A stretch of DNA of 64,000 bases from NCBI RefSeq assembly GCF_030684315.1, contig NC_081391.1:13307342-13371341 (forward strand). Direction: 5' to 3'. The translations under genes were made by a program, and so were the position numbers. Numbering within the stretch: position 1 is the stretch's first letter; every line of letters starts with the position of its first letter. Shown here in pieces: positions 1-11,186 of the stretch. The DNA comes from Stegostoma tigrinum (lineage: Eukaryota). A model generated the notes under the pieces. The model was not told the DNA's origin. It made no database searches and worked only from the letters and a program-made list of their open reading frames with translations.

Positions 1-21
1 TCCCTGGAGGACAGCAGTTAG
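1..21 (+). CDS. 3' end of exon 4 of an upstream ferritin copy (copy 0, truncated by window edge)
   Basis: TCC CTG GAG GAC AGC AGT TAG = SLEDSS*, identical to the exon-4 ends of the other copies; followed by the same 3' UTR with AATAAA at 149-154. Confidence 0.9.
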   Translation, partial: SLEDSS

Positions 22-1329
22 TGTGGCCTGGAGTACTGTCTGCTTGGTCTGAATGCATTCCCCACTTCACCCTGGACAACCTGTCTCCTTCCAGGGAGAA
101 GGGACTTGGAGCAAAGAATGTGATGGCTGTACCAGCTGAATGGGAATGAATAAAATCATGTATTGATCTTGTTTATTGTCCATCATTCAGAGCACTGGAT
201 ATTTTGGGAAATGTCTTATTGAGCGTGAAGGCAGTCCTCTTTCTGTAGTTTGGCTGACCCAATTACTAATTGGACATGAAAACAACTTTTCAATGGATGT
301 ATTTACTAACTCTCGATCATTGCACAGTAACTAGTTGGACTTGCTTTTTCTCATGACACAGACTCAAGACTTTCCCCTCTTAATAGGATGAGGTTGGTGT
401 TTCCACAATTGTGGGATGGAAAATCTTCCAGAGGTCAATTAGTACACTTCTGGATACTGTAGGTTCAATTGTAGTTCAGAACTTGTCTTCCTTTTTGAAA
501 CAGGAAGTTCCCGTACCTTCTCTAAGGGATAAACCAGACGCCCATTCCATAGAATCTGGGATATCTACGTTCAATGCCAGGTTTCCCTTCCTACAGCCTC
601 CACTCAGTCACCACGAGCAATGAGATTTGTCACTCGGACACTAATCTAATGGGAAGACAAGTCTGTGATCTGGAGGCTGGATCAGTTGACAAAATGCTGG
701 CGGGAGTAGATATATCAAGTTCTGCTCTCAATCCAGTTGCAGGAACCAGCTAAGTTAGGAAAGACACAGGCTTGATTCATCTGGTGTAACCTCCCCAGCG
801 AGGCCCTACCATGACCAGTATTTTCTATTCTCAGCGTTGTTGTTTTTGGCCTCCTGTGGATGTAGCCTAGGGATCTTGGAGCCGGTTATGGATCAAAGCA
901 GGACCAGCACTGGAGGCCTGTGACCTTCTCTTTCTCCCCATCTCTTGTTCCAGCTAACTGCAGTTGCACCCCCTGCCTGGTTCAATCCCTCTTGACAGTT
1001 CTGAGGAAGGGTGGCTGGACTCACTGTGGGTTGGCTTTTTCATTCCTCCATCTGAGTAACATAGCCCGCTCCATCTTTGCTCACGAAGGAGTCAGTCCAC
1101 ACTGGCGCTGAGCTTTTCCCAATAGCAATCCAAAATTGTCTTTAATGTGGCATCCTCCCCTTCTTCCTCCACCACACCCCCCTTCTCTTCCCAGCGTTCA
1201 CTCCAACAAGCTACCCAGCCCAGATCTGGGAAAATTCAGCACAAACGTTTGCAGAAGCCACTTACCAACAGGTCAGCTGGAATTCCCCTGATCTGTATGA
1301 GATTACAATGTCTGCTCTTGATGCTAACC

Positions 1330-1600
1330 TCCTGCTCAGGGACACCCTGTTCCCTTAATCCCACATTTCCCATGGCTAATCTAACAAATCCGAATGCCCC
1401 TTGTCACTGTCAGCAATTATCTTTGCCAATCGACCTAATCTGCAACCCATTGGACTAGGGGAGGGAGTCGGAGCAGATGGTGGAAATCCATGCAGACGCA
1501 GGGAGAATGTGCAAACTCCACGCATGTTGCCAAAGGCTCGAATTGAACCAGAGTCCCTGTGGCTGTGACGTATCAGTGCTCACCACTGAGCCCCCATCAC
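1330..1600 (-). mobile_element. Degenerate tRNA-derived SINE (HE1/V-SINE-like)
   Basis: Reverse complement reads GGCTCAGTGGTGAGCACTG...CAGGGACTCTGGTTCAATTCGAG...GTGGAGTTTGCACATTCTCCCTGCGTCTGCATGGATTTCC, i.e. A/B-box tRNA head plus the V-SINE-type core as recalled. Boundaries approximate; paralogous copy at ~59195-59465. Confidence 0.7.
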
Positions 1601-1649
1601 GTCCAAAAGTACCAAACAAAAGGGGGAAGCTGTTGCACAGTCATCAAGT

Positions 1650-1932
1650 CGTACATCATGGAAATAGACTCTTCTGCCCACACAGTCCCTACACACCAGG
1701 TTTCCAAAACTCTGTAGTGCCATTTGGCCCATCTTCCTCGAAGCCATTCCTTCCCCCATAAGTGTCCAAATGTCTCATCAAAGTGGTAATTATACGCACC
1801 TCTCCCGCTTCTTCTGGCAGCTCGTTCCATACACACACACACCACCCTCTGTGTGAAAACATGGTCCCTCATGTCCCTTTTAAATTTTTGCCCCTCTCCC
1901 CTCAAACCGATGCCCTCCAGTTTTGGACTCCC
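1650..1932 (-). mobile_element. CR1/HER1-like LINE 3' fragment
   Basis: Minus ORF 1597-1905 begins RGEGQKFKRDMRDHVFTQRVV, matching the CR1 ORF2 C-terminal FR.D.R..FFTQRVV motif; homologous pieces recur in the other spacers (~9660-9945, ~26990-27280). Confidence 0.65.
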
Positions 1933-1939
1933 CTAATCT

Positions 1940-2335
1940 GTCCCAGCATGCTTTTTATATAAAGTCAATCTCGAGTGTGCCAAGGGCAAGGCTACGTTTA
2001 GTGCTCAGCAACAGTTACACTTCAGGAGGTGGTGATGAGCTGCTTATTACAGTCCACCTGGTGTAGGAGAGACCGGAATGATGCTGCTGCTGCTGCTGAG
2101 GAGGGGCTTCTGGGATGTTCATTCACAAACAGGGATATTGTTCCAGGTCAGGATGGTGATAGATTTACATGGAGCTGCTTCAGTGTTGCTGGGCCTGCAC
2201 TGAGCTATAATTGTGAACAATCCCAGCACTATTAATTAATACTTCCTCACTCCGGTCTTAAAGATCGCAGACAGGTTTTGGACAGTCAGGAAGGAGTTGA
2301 GAAGTTCACAGCAGAATTCCTAGCCTGTGACTTCC
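1940..2335 (-). mobile_element. Old LINE (L2/CR1-group) 3' remnant, repeated upstream of most copies
   Basis: Block recurs at ~9950, ~18132, ~27298, ~36585, ~44186. Minus strand contains ACCATCCTGAC(C/T)TGGAAC...CCTACACCA...GCAGCTCATCACCACCT, which I recall as a shark LINE 3' end. Family assignment is from memory, not a search. Confidence 0.5.
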
Positions 2336-2926
2336 CAGTTTCTGAGCTGTTCATTCCACAGAATGTAATGTAAATAGCTGCAGAAACTCTCTGCTTCAAA
2401 ACATGCTGGAGTTAAGTACCAGTTGTCCTTGAAATTGTTAAGAACTGAATACAGAGATAAAAATGTTGAACATACAATACATTTCCAACAGCTGACAACT
2501 GGGCCATTTAAATATAGAGGCCTGAGGCCGACTGTGCGCCTGAGGCACTCAGAATATTTAAAGTTTTAATTTTCGAACTCGGTTTCGTGAGATCTAAAGT
2601 CAATGACAATCTGGCAGATTCAAAATGGATCCTTTAAGGACATCAGTTTCCTGTATTAAATGGTCCGGAAGCACATGAATTTTGTTGCTGCACAGCGATA
2701 GGAAAATGTTTACTGTCAACAAAATCTGGCCATTTCTCATTGGGCTCCAACACTGTCGTTCAAAAGGTACAAAGAGTAATCCCTCAGAGTAACAAACTGA
2801 CAGAATTCAGCAAATCTGTGATGAGCGAGTCTTCATACATAAACGCAGATACAAAAGTGAAGTTCTCGAGTCTATTTTATTCTCATTTTCAGGTTAATAA
2901 ACTTATACAATTTGTTCTTGCACAGG

Positions 2927-3114
2927 AGGTCAAAGGTCAGTCAGCAATTCCATCATCGACCAGTTGTCAATTCTGATCGGTTTCTGGATCCAATTCCCAT
3001 CCTGCACTGATTGGACGTGGCAACTGATCAATTGAGTAACAAGAGTAATTGGCCATCACTGATGATGCCATTTCCTGCTTCACAAAGTGAGGGTCTGCTC
3101 CTGGAGCATAAATA
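2927..3114 (+). promoter_or_regulatory. Core promoter of ferritin copy 1: DR1 site, inverted CCAAT boxes, TATA variant
   Basis: AGGTCAAAGGTCA at 2927-2939; CTGATTGG ~3007-3014 and AATTGGCC ~3047; CATAAATA at 3107-3114, about 100 nt before the ATG; same layout in the paralogs. Confidence 0.7.
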
Positions 3115-4029
3115 ACGTCCTAAGAGAATGCTGTTTTAGGTGTAGTTGGTTTTCTTTTTCTAGTTATAATTTGATTGTGAAGGAAAAGGAAAGTTGTTTC
3201 TATCACAAGATGGCCTCCCAGATCAGTCAGAACTATCACCAGGATTGTGAAGCTGCTGTCAACAAGCAGATTAATGTGGAGCTCACTGCCTCCTATCTCT
3301 ATCAGTCTTTGGTGAGTGTCCCTGTAGTGTTGGATTTAAATCTGTTATGAAGTGAACTTTTTCTTAAAAAACTAGATTAACACTCTTGTAGACTTTTCTT
3401 TGTATCTCTTGCCTATTTCTTGAGTCAGGGTAAATGTGATGACAATGGGATATGATACTGATATGCAGCAACTGAGGCCCCAGTTGTCTCAATGATATAG
3501 GGAGGGTGAAGCATCTTGTGATTTATCTTAAAATTCCTTTTAGGGCTGTGATTGCCTATAACTGACCGTGGTTCTCCATAATTTTCTAAACTACTGTCAA
3601 GTTTTGATGATCAAGATAACATTTGGCTAATTACCTTTTTTAAATCTGCCTTGATGTATCTATTTTAATTTTCAGCATGTAAATAAACAAACAAACATAC
3701 TGATTTTGGTATTTACAATGAAGTGTTGTAGTAATTTGACCAATCAGATTTGGTTAAGCTGAACTCTAGTCCTCCAGGTAAAACAGGCTGCTACCTACTT
3801 AAGTAGGTCTCCTATATTTTGGCTTCTTGTACTCTATCATGAGGTGGGTTTGATCCATCACTTCACAACCTATAGATAGTTGACTTGTGGGTGCCCTGCA
3901 CCCACCCCCGCCCCACCAGGGCTGCTGGAACATGCTGAGGCTATTGACCCAGAGGTGAAGAAATAAATGTTCTTCCTTTACCATTTAACCAGATAAAGAA
4001 ACAAACTGGCTCCTCCCACCATGTGGTGG

Positions 4030-4260
4030 TGCCCCTGTGCCCTTCCAAGGGGTAGAATGTGTTCAGAAGGTGTTGCAGTCCCCTTGGTGAGTGCTGCAGG
4101 GGACCTGGTAGATAATGGACCCTGAAAGGAGGTGGTGAATGCAGTCCCCATGAAGTGGGCTGCTCTGTCCTGGATGGTGTCTGCTTCTTGCATGTGGCAG
4201 CTCCACTTCTTCAGACACATGGAGAATATTCATCACTCTCTGGGCTTGTGCTTGTTGGAG
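4030..4260 (-). mobile_element. LINE (L2/CR1-group) remnant in intron 1
   Basis: Minus ORF contains [13 protein letters not shown], resembling the post-RT (L)DTIQDKAARLIG segment of L2-type ORF2; homologous blocks in intron 1 of copies 3, 4, 6, 7, 8. Confidence 0.45.
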
Positions 4261-5907
4261 CGAAGCTGCCTCTAAATGACATGAGGATCAAGCCCCTATA
4301 ACCTACCTTTTTGGGAGGTGGAACAGCTTTAACTAGTGAACCAATTGTTGGGTTTTAGTCACTGACCACTGTCCCAACTCAATAGGGAATCTTGTGTGCT
4401 GATAATAAAATCCCCACTATTCTACACCTTCTATGACTTAACTACCCCATTAAACCACTTTTTTTTAACTTTTTTTGTTTTTATTTGAGGATTAAACTAA
4501 CTTTTCACCAGGATTCCACCCAAGAACGAAATCTTCTTTTGAAGAAGTCAATAGACTACTCCTAATCAACAATAACTTGTTGGATTGTGAATCTCAGTTG
4601 AAAAGTGAGTGAAATGAGTGGGGAAACAATAGTTTAGATCTTGGAATAAGCTAAATTGAGCTCTCCAGCTTTGCAATCTATAGATCATGTGACTTGTTCA
4701 TAGTCCTGCAGATACTATTAGGTCTCCTGAACATTCGATCTTGTTTCAGTTGTGAATTTTTTTAATGCTTTGCTTTGCAAGCTTCTGGCAACCTGAGTGC
4801 ACTGCATAAACAAATGTGATAAACTATTGCTGCAACAAGCCAAAGGCTATCACTGGGCAGGCTCTCCTTTAGCACCAAGATTCTCCAAATTGCCCTCATT
4901 CTCCTGCATACTGCAAACAGCATCTCTTGTAGAGCTGCTTTATGTAAAGAAAAAATACAGTACATCTGATCCAACTGGTTGCAGAAGACCTGTACCTACT
5001 CGCTACATTCATGTCCAGCATCTGCATGCTACTCTAGCACCAGGGGAGACATGTAATGACTTGAAGTTGCCTGACCCTGTGCACATCCTGCATTCCAGCT
5101 CCTGGCACTTGGTTAAACCCTATTCAGTTACCACTTCCATCCAATTCTGGAGGCTAGATGGCAGAAATGTGCATTCAGCTTTTCTATCTAGGCTGTGCCA
5201 GACCCACACCCCCAAACAATTCAGCAGGGTTTATAAACCCAAACACTGAAATTGTATCTTACATGGAAGAAGCTGGGGTTGTTTGGTTTCCTCCAATTAA
5301 AGGAGCTGCTGGCTAACTTTGCAACACCATTAGTGAACATTGTAAGGTGTCAACAATTTTCAGCTGATTGAATCATTAGTTTGCTTTAGACTAAACCAGT
5401 CCTCCAGTTCTGAGCATGAGAAATGGGGTCAATGATGTGTTTAATGGGCTTTAACTTTTGTTCTCCCTTCCAGATGTCCTACTTTGACCGGGATGATGTT
5501 GCCCTCGCCCATGTCTCCCGGTTCTTCAAAGATCAGTCCCAAGAGAAGCAGGAACATGCAGAGAAGCTGCTGAAATTCCAGAATCAGCGTGGAGGCAGAG
5601 TCCTCCTCCAGGATGTGAAGGTTGGAGTTTTTGGTGGGGGGTTGTGTGGCAGTGTGCAGGAATGGCAGCTCATGGTGTTTTCTGTCATTAGTGACAGGAT
5701 TTTCACGTGGTAAAGGGTGTGTAGGTTAGAGTTGGAGAACTTAGGCAGTGGGGAGGAGATGTGAGAAATGGCTGCTTGTGGTGAGGTTTCATGTCCTGAA
5801 AGAAAGTGAAAACTGTTCTTGTTTGGCTCCCCTCCTTTTGACTAAAAGGGAAGATCCTCGAAACAAGCCTCTTGGCTCCCCTCCACCTGCTGCTTCTCCA
5901 CACCGCG

Positions 5908-5929
5908 CCCCCCCCCCCCCCCCCCCCCC
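5908..5929. repeat. Poly(C) homopolymer in intron 2
   Basis: Run of ~22 C; similar C-rich tracts at ~18040, ~27280, ~44108, ~60886, ~62880. Confidence 0.9.
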
Positions 5930-6846
5930 ATGCTGACCCAACAAACACCAAACCACATTCATCCCATTTACTGCACTTGGTCTCCAGCCCCCATGGCATT
6001 GGTAGTTGTCTAGAAGCTGCTTCAATATTGCAGCAGTAGATGCCTCCCCCACTGCCCCACCCCCCCATATTATTTTTCCACTACCCTCTCGGCAAAGGAT
6101 TCCTCTAACCTGCTTACTCCTCACATCAGTGCCCTCTGGTCTTAATGTCTCTTTCTCCCCACCCCCTCATAGCAGACACTCCCCATCTACTATCAAGACT
6201 CCACACTAATCAAATGCCATCACAGAAACATCTCAACTGACTTCACTCTGGGGATTGGAGTGAGAAATCTAATCTCTCCTTTTAATGGATTTTTCAGTCT
6301 TGGGGCAACATCCTAGTGACCCCTTCCAGTGCCATTGTGGCTCTGGTCACCACACTGTATTCCACGTTTGCATGGCCAATGCTGCAAAGTTTGTGACAAG
6401 ACTGGAGTCCCTGGACTGCACCCCAGGAAATGGGGACAGGCATTGTGGAAGCCAACTTCCCCATCCTGTCTACACTTATGGATCCTTGAAATATCTTTAG
6501 TCTTGTGCTCTTGGTTCCTTTATTGTCAACATATTGCTGTCCCTTCAATGAATTAAATAGTAGTGCTGATTTTCATCATTCAGGTCAGTCCTATATGAAG
6601 CAATAGGCCCAGGTTGAAGTCCCACTTGTGCTTATGCTCCAAGCCTAGGGACAGTACCACTGCATAACAAGCCCCGGGCTCAAGTTGTGAATATCCTCCT
6701 TGGGATGCCATCAGATGGGCACTGACAATTCTGTGCAAGCATAACTCTTATCCCCACTATGACCTGGTCATGAATTGACTCTCCTTTCGGAAGAAGCAAA
6801 TAGGGCTAGGTGAAAGGAATTCTTAAATAACTGATCTGGGCTTCAG

Positions 6847-7092
6847 GGATGGCAGTGGTTAGCACAACTGCATCAGTGCTTGGGGCACAAGCTTAATTCT
6901 GGCCTCTGGTGACTGACTGGAATTTACATGTTCACCACATCTCTACATAGGTTTCCTCCCACAGTCCAATGATGTGCAGGTTAGGATAGGCCATGAAAAA
7001 TGCAGGATTACATGGCTAGGTCTAGGACCAGGTTGGATGCTCTTCAGATGGTCATGAGTGGGCAGAATGGCCTGATGCATGCTGCAGGGATT
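6847..7092 (+). mobile_element. Degenerate HE1/V-SINE-like element at the 3' end of intron 2
   Basis: CAGTGGTTAGCAC head, GGTTTCCTCCCACAGTCCAA.GATGTGCAGGTTAGG core and GAATGGCCT...GGGATT LINE-type tail. Present at the same position in every copy (~15375, 23958, 33696, 41917, 50003, 56808, 63834), so it predates the duplications. Confidence 0.65.
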
Positions 7093-10000
7093 TTTGTTTC
7101 TGAGGCTTAACTGTCCTTCTGTCCATCCTCAGAAGCCAGAGAGGGATGAGTGGGTAACAGTCTGCAGACAATGCAGGTTGCCCTGGATCTGGAGAAGAAT
7201 GTGAACCAGAGTTTGCTGGATCTACACCAACTCTCCACAGCCCAGACTGACCCTCATGTAAGCTTCACCACTTCATTCTCATCACTGCGAGACCCTCAGG
7301 GTAACACTTCATTGGTTGGTCTGTGTGGATTGGAAATTCACAGGTGTGCACTGATCACTTCGGGTCCATGCTGCTGAGCAGTTGTTACATGGTGATCAGT
7401 AATGAAGTGAAATGGGAGTTTGGAAGGCAATCCATTGGGAGTGATGAAGTGATATTGGCCATTGAATTCCCATTCTCACTTGGGAGCATTACAGTGGAAT
7501 GATCATTGTCCATCACCATCCAACTCAGCTCCACTTCACAAACAGCAAGATGGAGCAGCTGAAATCCTATTGTCATCACCGACACAGATTTTCCAGGTGT
7601 TAGCTAAATTTTCAGGGCTGTCTGGAACTAGTATGGTAAAGCCTGTTTTTCAGTGGGAATTCTGAAATTGTCTTGGATAGTGTTAATGCACCCAGTTGTC
7701 ATATTCCTCTGTTGCAGCTGTGTGACTTCCTGGAGACTCACTATTTGGATGAGGAGGTGGAGATCATCAAGCAACTCGGGGACTACATCACCAACCTGAA
7801 GCGCCTGGGAGCCCCTGAGAATGGGATGGGAGAGTACCTGTTTGACAGGCTCTCCCTGGAGGACAGCAGTTAGTGTGGCCTGGAGTACTGTCTGCTTGGT
7901 CTGAATGCATTCCCCACTTCACCCTGGACAACCTGTCTCCTTCCAAGGAGAAGGGACTTGTGTAGCAAAGAATGTAATAGCTGTACCAGCTAAATGGAAA
8001 TGAATAAAATTATGTATTGATCTTGCTTATTGTCCATCATTCAGAGCTCTGAATACTTTGGGTGATAGCTCTTGCTTGAAGCCAGTTCTCTTCTGTAATT
8101 TGATTGGTCCAATTTCTAATTGGACTGGGCAACCCTTCACGGAATCGCTCACTATCCCCACATTAGAATGTAACTAGATGGAGTGTTTTTTTGGTTATTC
8201 CTGTGGAAATTGAAGGTGCTTCTCCTCCAAATAGGATAAGGTTGGGATTTGTCAATTGTGGCATTGGCTTTCTTCTAGAGGACAATTAGTGCGCTTCTGG
8301 ATATGGTGGGTTCAACTGTAGCTCAAAGCAATTGTCTTCCTCTGGTGCCAGGAAGCTCCCACACCGTCCAAAGAGACTTCTCTACCCAGCCTGATAGAAT
8401 TTGGGATAGTGGTGTTCAATTGCACATTTCCCTTGAAATCTCTTCCCCGCCTCAGCCATCCTGCGTACTCAATTATTGCCTGAATGATGACAGCAACAAA
8501 AAGTGAAGACAGCCCTTTATCAACTGACCCAGCTGCCTGATCACAAAGGTCTAAAGGAAGAGGCCCAGCAGGCTCTGATTTCAATCCAGCTGGCGGAAGC
8601 AGCAGAGCTGTGAAACAATCTCGATGGCCTGGTATATCTCTTTTTTTTTTCCCCATTGGGCCCTACCCTGACCAAAACACACTATATTCTCAGTATTGTT
8701 ACTTTTTGGTTTCACCATCCCAAACTGTGGCTGGAGCTCCTTCTCTTCCGCCTCTTCCCCGCTTCTCTTTCCCCCCGCCCGCAACCCAACCTCTTCTTTC
8801 TTTTCTTTCCACGTGCCCCCAGCAGCCTTAACCTTCACCACAGCCCCTTCCCCTGGGAGTCAGCTCAAGACATTCACCTGAACTGGACTGGATTATCATG
8901 TAGAGCCTCATTGCCGCTTACAGCAGGATAACAGGGACCTGGGAATAACACAGCAATGCACCTGGTTAAATGCTGCTGTTTGATTGGCTCTTGTTGCTAA
9001 AGCCAGCATTGAGCGCACTAAGCTGCTCCCTTGGTGAACATTATTCCTGATGCAGGTTGATTGGGTGAAATCACATTGAAGGAGCAAAGTGGCTCGGAGA
9101 GGAGACATGGAGATGCTGACTTTCCTTTACGGCTGCTTCTTTTATCTTTCAAGGTGTCAGAGATCATGGGTTCGTGAGGGGGCTATCAGAGACATCCTGA
9201 GGATTGTTCCAGGGAGTTTTGTAGCGAGTGCACACTGCAGCCTTCATAGAGGTTGGCGGGGGGGGAGGGGTTGCTGCAGAGTCAAAAGGCACTCAACATA
9301 TTTGTTCCACCACATAAAGCAATTTATTTTCGGTGAATAAGTCTGGGCTACAGTAACCCTCAAGTGCAGGAAGGGACCATTAGGCCCATTAAATCTGCAT
9401 CGACCTTCTGAACAGCATCCTCTTTAGACCCAACCCCTTTGCCTTAACTCCACATTTCCCACGGCGAATCGACCTAGTCTGCAGGCCCCTGCTCACGATC
9501 GACAATCTGCAAATCATTGGGCTGTGTGAGGAAACTCAAGCACCTGGAGGTAATCCACGCAGGCCATCACCCATGGGTAGAATCGAACCTGGGTCCCTGG
9601 CACTGAGCCGCCAAAGCATTCTAAAGTACCAAAGGAAAGGAATACACTGCGGCAAACTACATCATGGGAATAGACTCTGCAGCCCAGCCCGAACTTGCAG
9701 ACCAGGTTTTCATAAACTGTGTAGTGCCATTTGCCTACATTTGGCCCATCTTTCTCTAAACCGTTCCTTTCCATGTAAATCTCCAAATGTCACTTAAATG
9801 TTGTAATTCTATCCACCTCGACCACTTCCTCTAGCAGCTCGTTCCACACACGCACCACACTATGTGTGAAAATGTTGTCACTCACACCCCTTTTAAATCT
9901 TGCCCCTCTCCCCTCAAACCAATGCCCTCTAGTTTTGGACCCCCCCTACCCTGTCCCAGCATGCTTTTTATATACAGTCAATCTTGAGTGTGCCAATGGC

Positions 10001-10911
10001 AAGGCTACATTTAGTGCTCAGCAACTCTTACACTTCAGGAGGTGGTAATGAGCTGCGTATTACAGTCCACCTGGTGTCGGAGAGACCGGAATGATGCTGC
10101 TGCTGTTGCTGAGGAGGGGCTTCTGGGATTTTCATTCACAAACAGGGATATTGTTCCAAGTCAGGATGGTGACAGAGTTACATGGAGCTGCTTGAGTGTC
10201 GTTGGTGCTGCCTCCAGCGAGAACATTGTAAACTATTCCAGCACTACTCCCAATTTCAGCCTTATTGAGGGTGGGCAGGTTTTGGAAACTCAGGAGTTGA
10301 GTACTTCCTGACAGAATTCCCAGCATCTGAATTCCCAGTTTCTGAGCTGTACCATCTACAGAACGCAATGTAAACAGGACCAGAAATTGCTCACTTGGAA
10401 ACATGCTGGGGTTAATCGCTAGTTCTACTTCAACCAACGAAAAACGAAACTGGGAGACAGAAATGTTCAACGTGCGATACATTTCTAGCAGCAACTGAGA
10501 CATAGAGGCCTGAGGCCTACTGTGTAGAAGAGGCACTCAGCACATTTAGCGTTTTGCTTTTCAAACTGGGCCTTCAAGGTCAAGGTCAGGGAGATCACAT
10601 CAGATGCAGATTGGATCCACAAAGTACATCAGTTGCCTGTTTTAGATGATCCAAAAGCACATTATTTCTGTTGCTGCACAGAAATAGGAAAATGTTCAGA
10701 TCAACCAAATCGAGCCAGTTTTCAAAGGGCTCCAACACCAACGTTCCAAAATTATGACGACTAATCCCTCAGAATAGCAATCCGACAGAATTCTGCAAAT
10801 CTGTGATGAGTGTGTCTTAACGCACAACCTCAGATACAGACATGAAGTTTTAGAGTATATTTTATTCTCATTTTCAGGGAGATGTCCTTCCAGAATTTGC
10901 ACTTGTGCGGG

Positions 10912-11100
10912 AGGTCAAAGGTCATTTCAGCAATTTCATCATCAACCAGTTGTCAATTCTGATTGGTTTTTTGACCCGATTCCCATCCTGCACTGATTGG
11001 ATGTGGCAGCTGATCAAGTGATTAACAAGAGTGTTTGGCCATCACTGATGATCTCATTTCCTGCTTCATAAAATGAGTGTTGGCTCCTGGAGTATAAATA
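10912..11100 (+). promoter_or_regulatory. Core promoter of copy 2 (DR1, CCAAT, TATA)
   Basis: AGGTCAAAGGTCA 10912-10924; CTGATTGG; TATAAATA 11093-11100. Confidence 0.7.
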
Positions 11101-11186
11101 GAGTCCCACGGGAGGGATGTTTATTGTTGCTTTTAACTTTGTCATTTTTGTGGTGAGGAAAATAAAGCAAGCTTTTCCTTTATAAG

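Larger units (their letters stand above)
3210..7873 (+). pseudogene. Ferritin copy 1 (lineage A); exons 3210-3311, 5474-5620, 7133-7257, 7718-7873; 1-nt frameshift in exon 3 (pseudogene or assembly error)
   Basis: Exons translate to [25 protein letters not shown] / [23 protein letters not shown] / KPERDEW.. / [13 protein letters not shown]..; all GT-AG. Exon 3 is 125 nt (TGGGTAAC vs TGGGGTAAC in paralogs), giving a premature TGA at 7202-7204. Confidence 0.75.

Noticed and set aside
410-442. Minus-strand LIDLWKIFHPT resembling an L1/Tx1 endonuclease motif
   Set aside because: Single short motif, flanked by stops, not conserved in the homologous segment at ~8256-8290; insufficient to call.
2029-2235. 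Recurrent small ORF MVMSCLLQSTWCRRDRNDAAA.. (also 10042, 18224, 27390, 36676, 44277) as a novel peptide gene
   Set aside because: Starts at GTG in the track, lengths and C-termini vary with frameshifts, and it lies antisense to a LINE remnant; recurrence is explained by duplication.
3070-3100. TTTCCTGCTTCACAAAGTGAGG as a functional IRE
   Set aside because: No CAGWGH loop, no complementary 3' arm, and it lies upstream of the TATA box.
3087-3209. N-terminal extensions (signal or mitochondrial peptide) suggested by ORFs upstream of exon 1, e.g. [24 protein letters not shown] in lineage C
   Set aside because: Not conserved between lineages. The lineage-C ATGs lie only ~14-17 nt after the TATA box, probably upstream of the transcription start; would need TSS mapping to revive.
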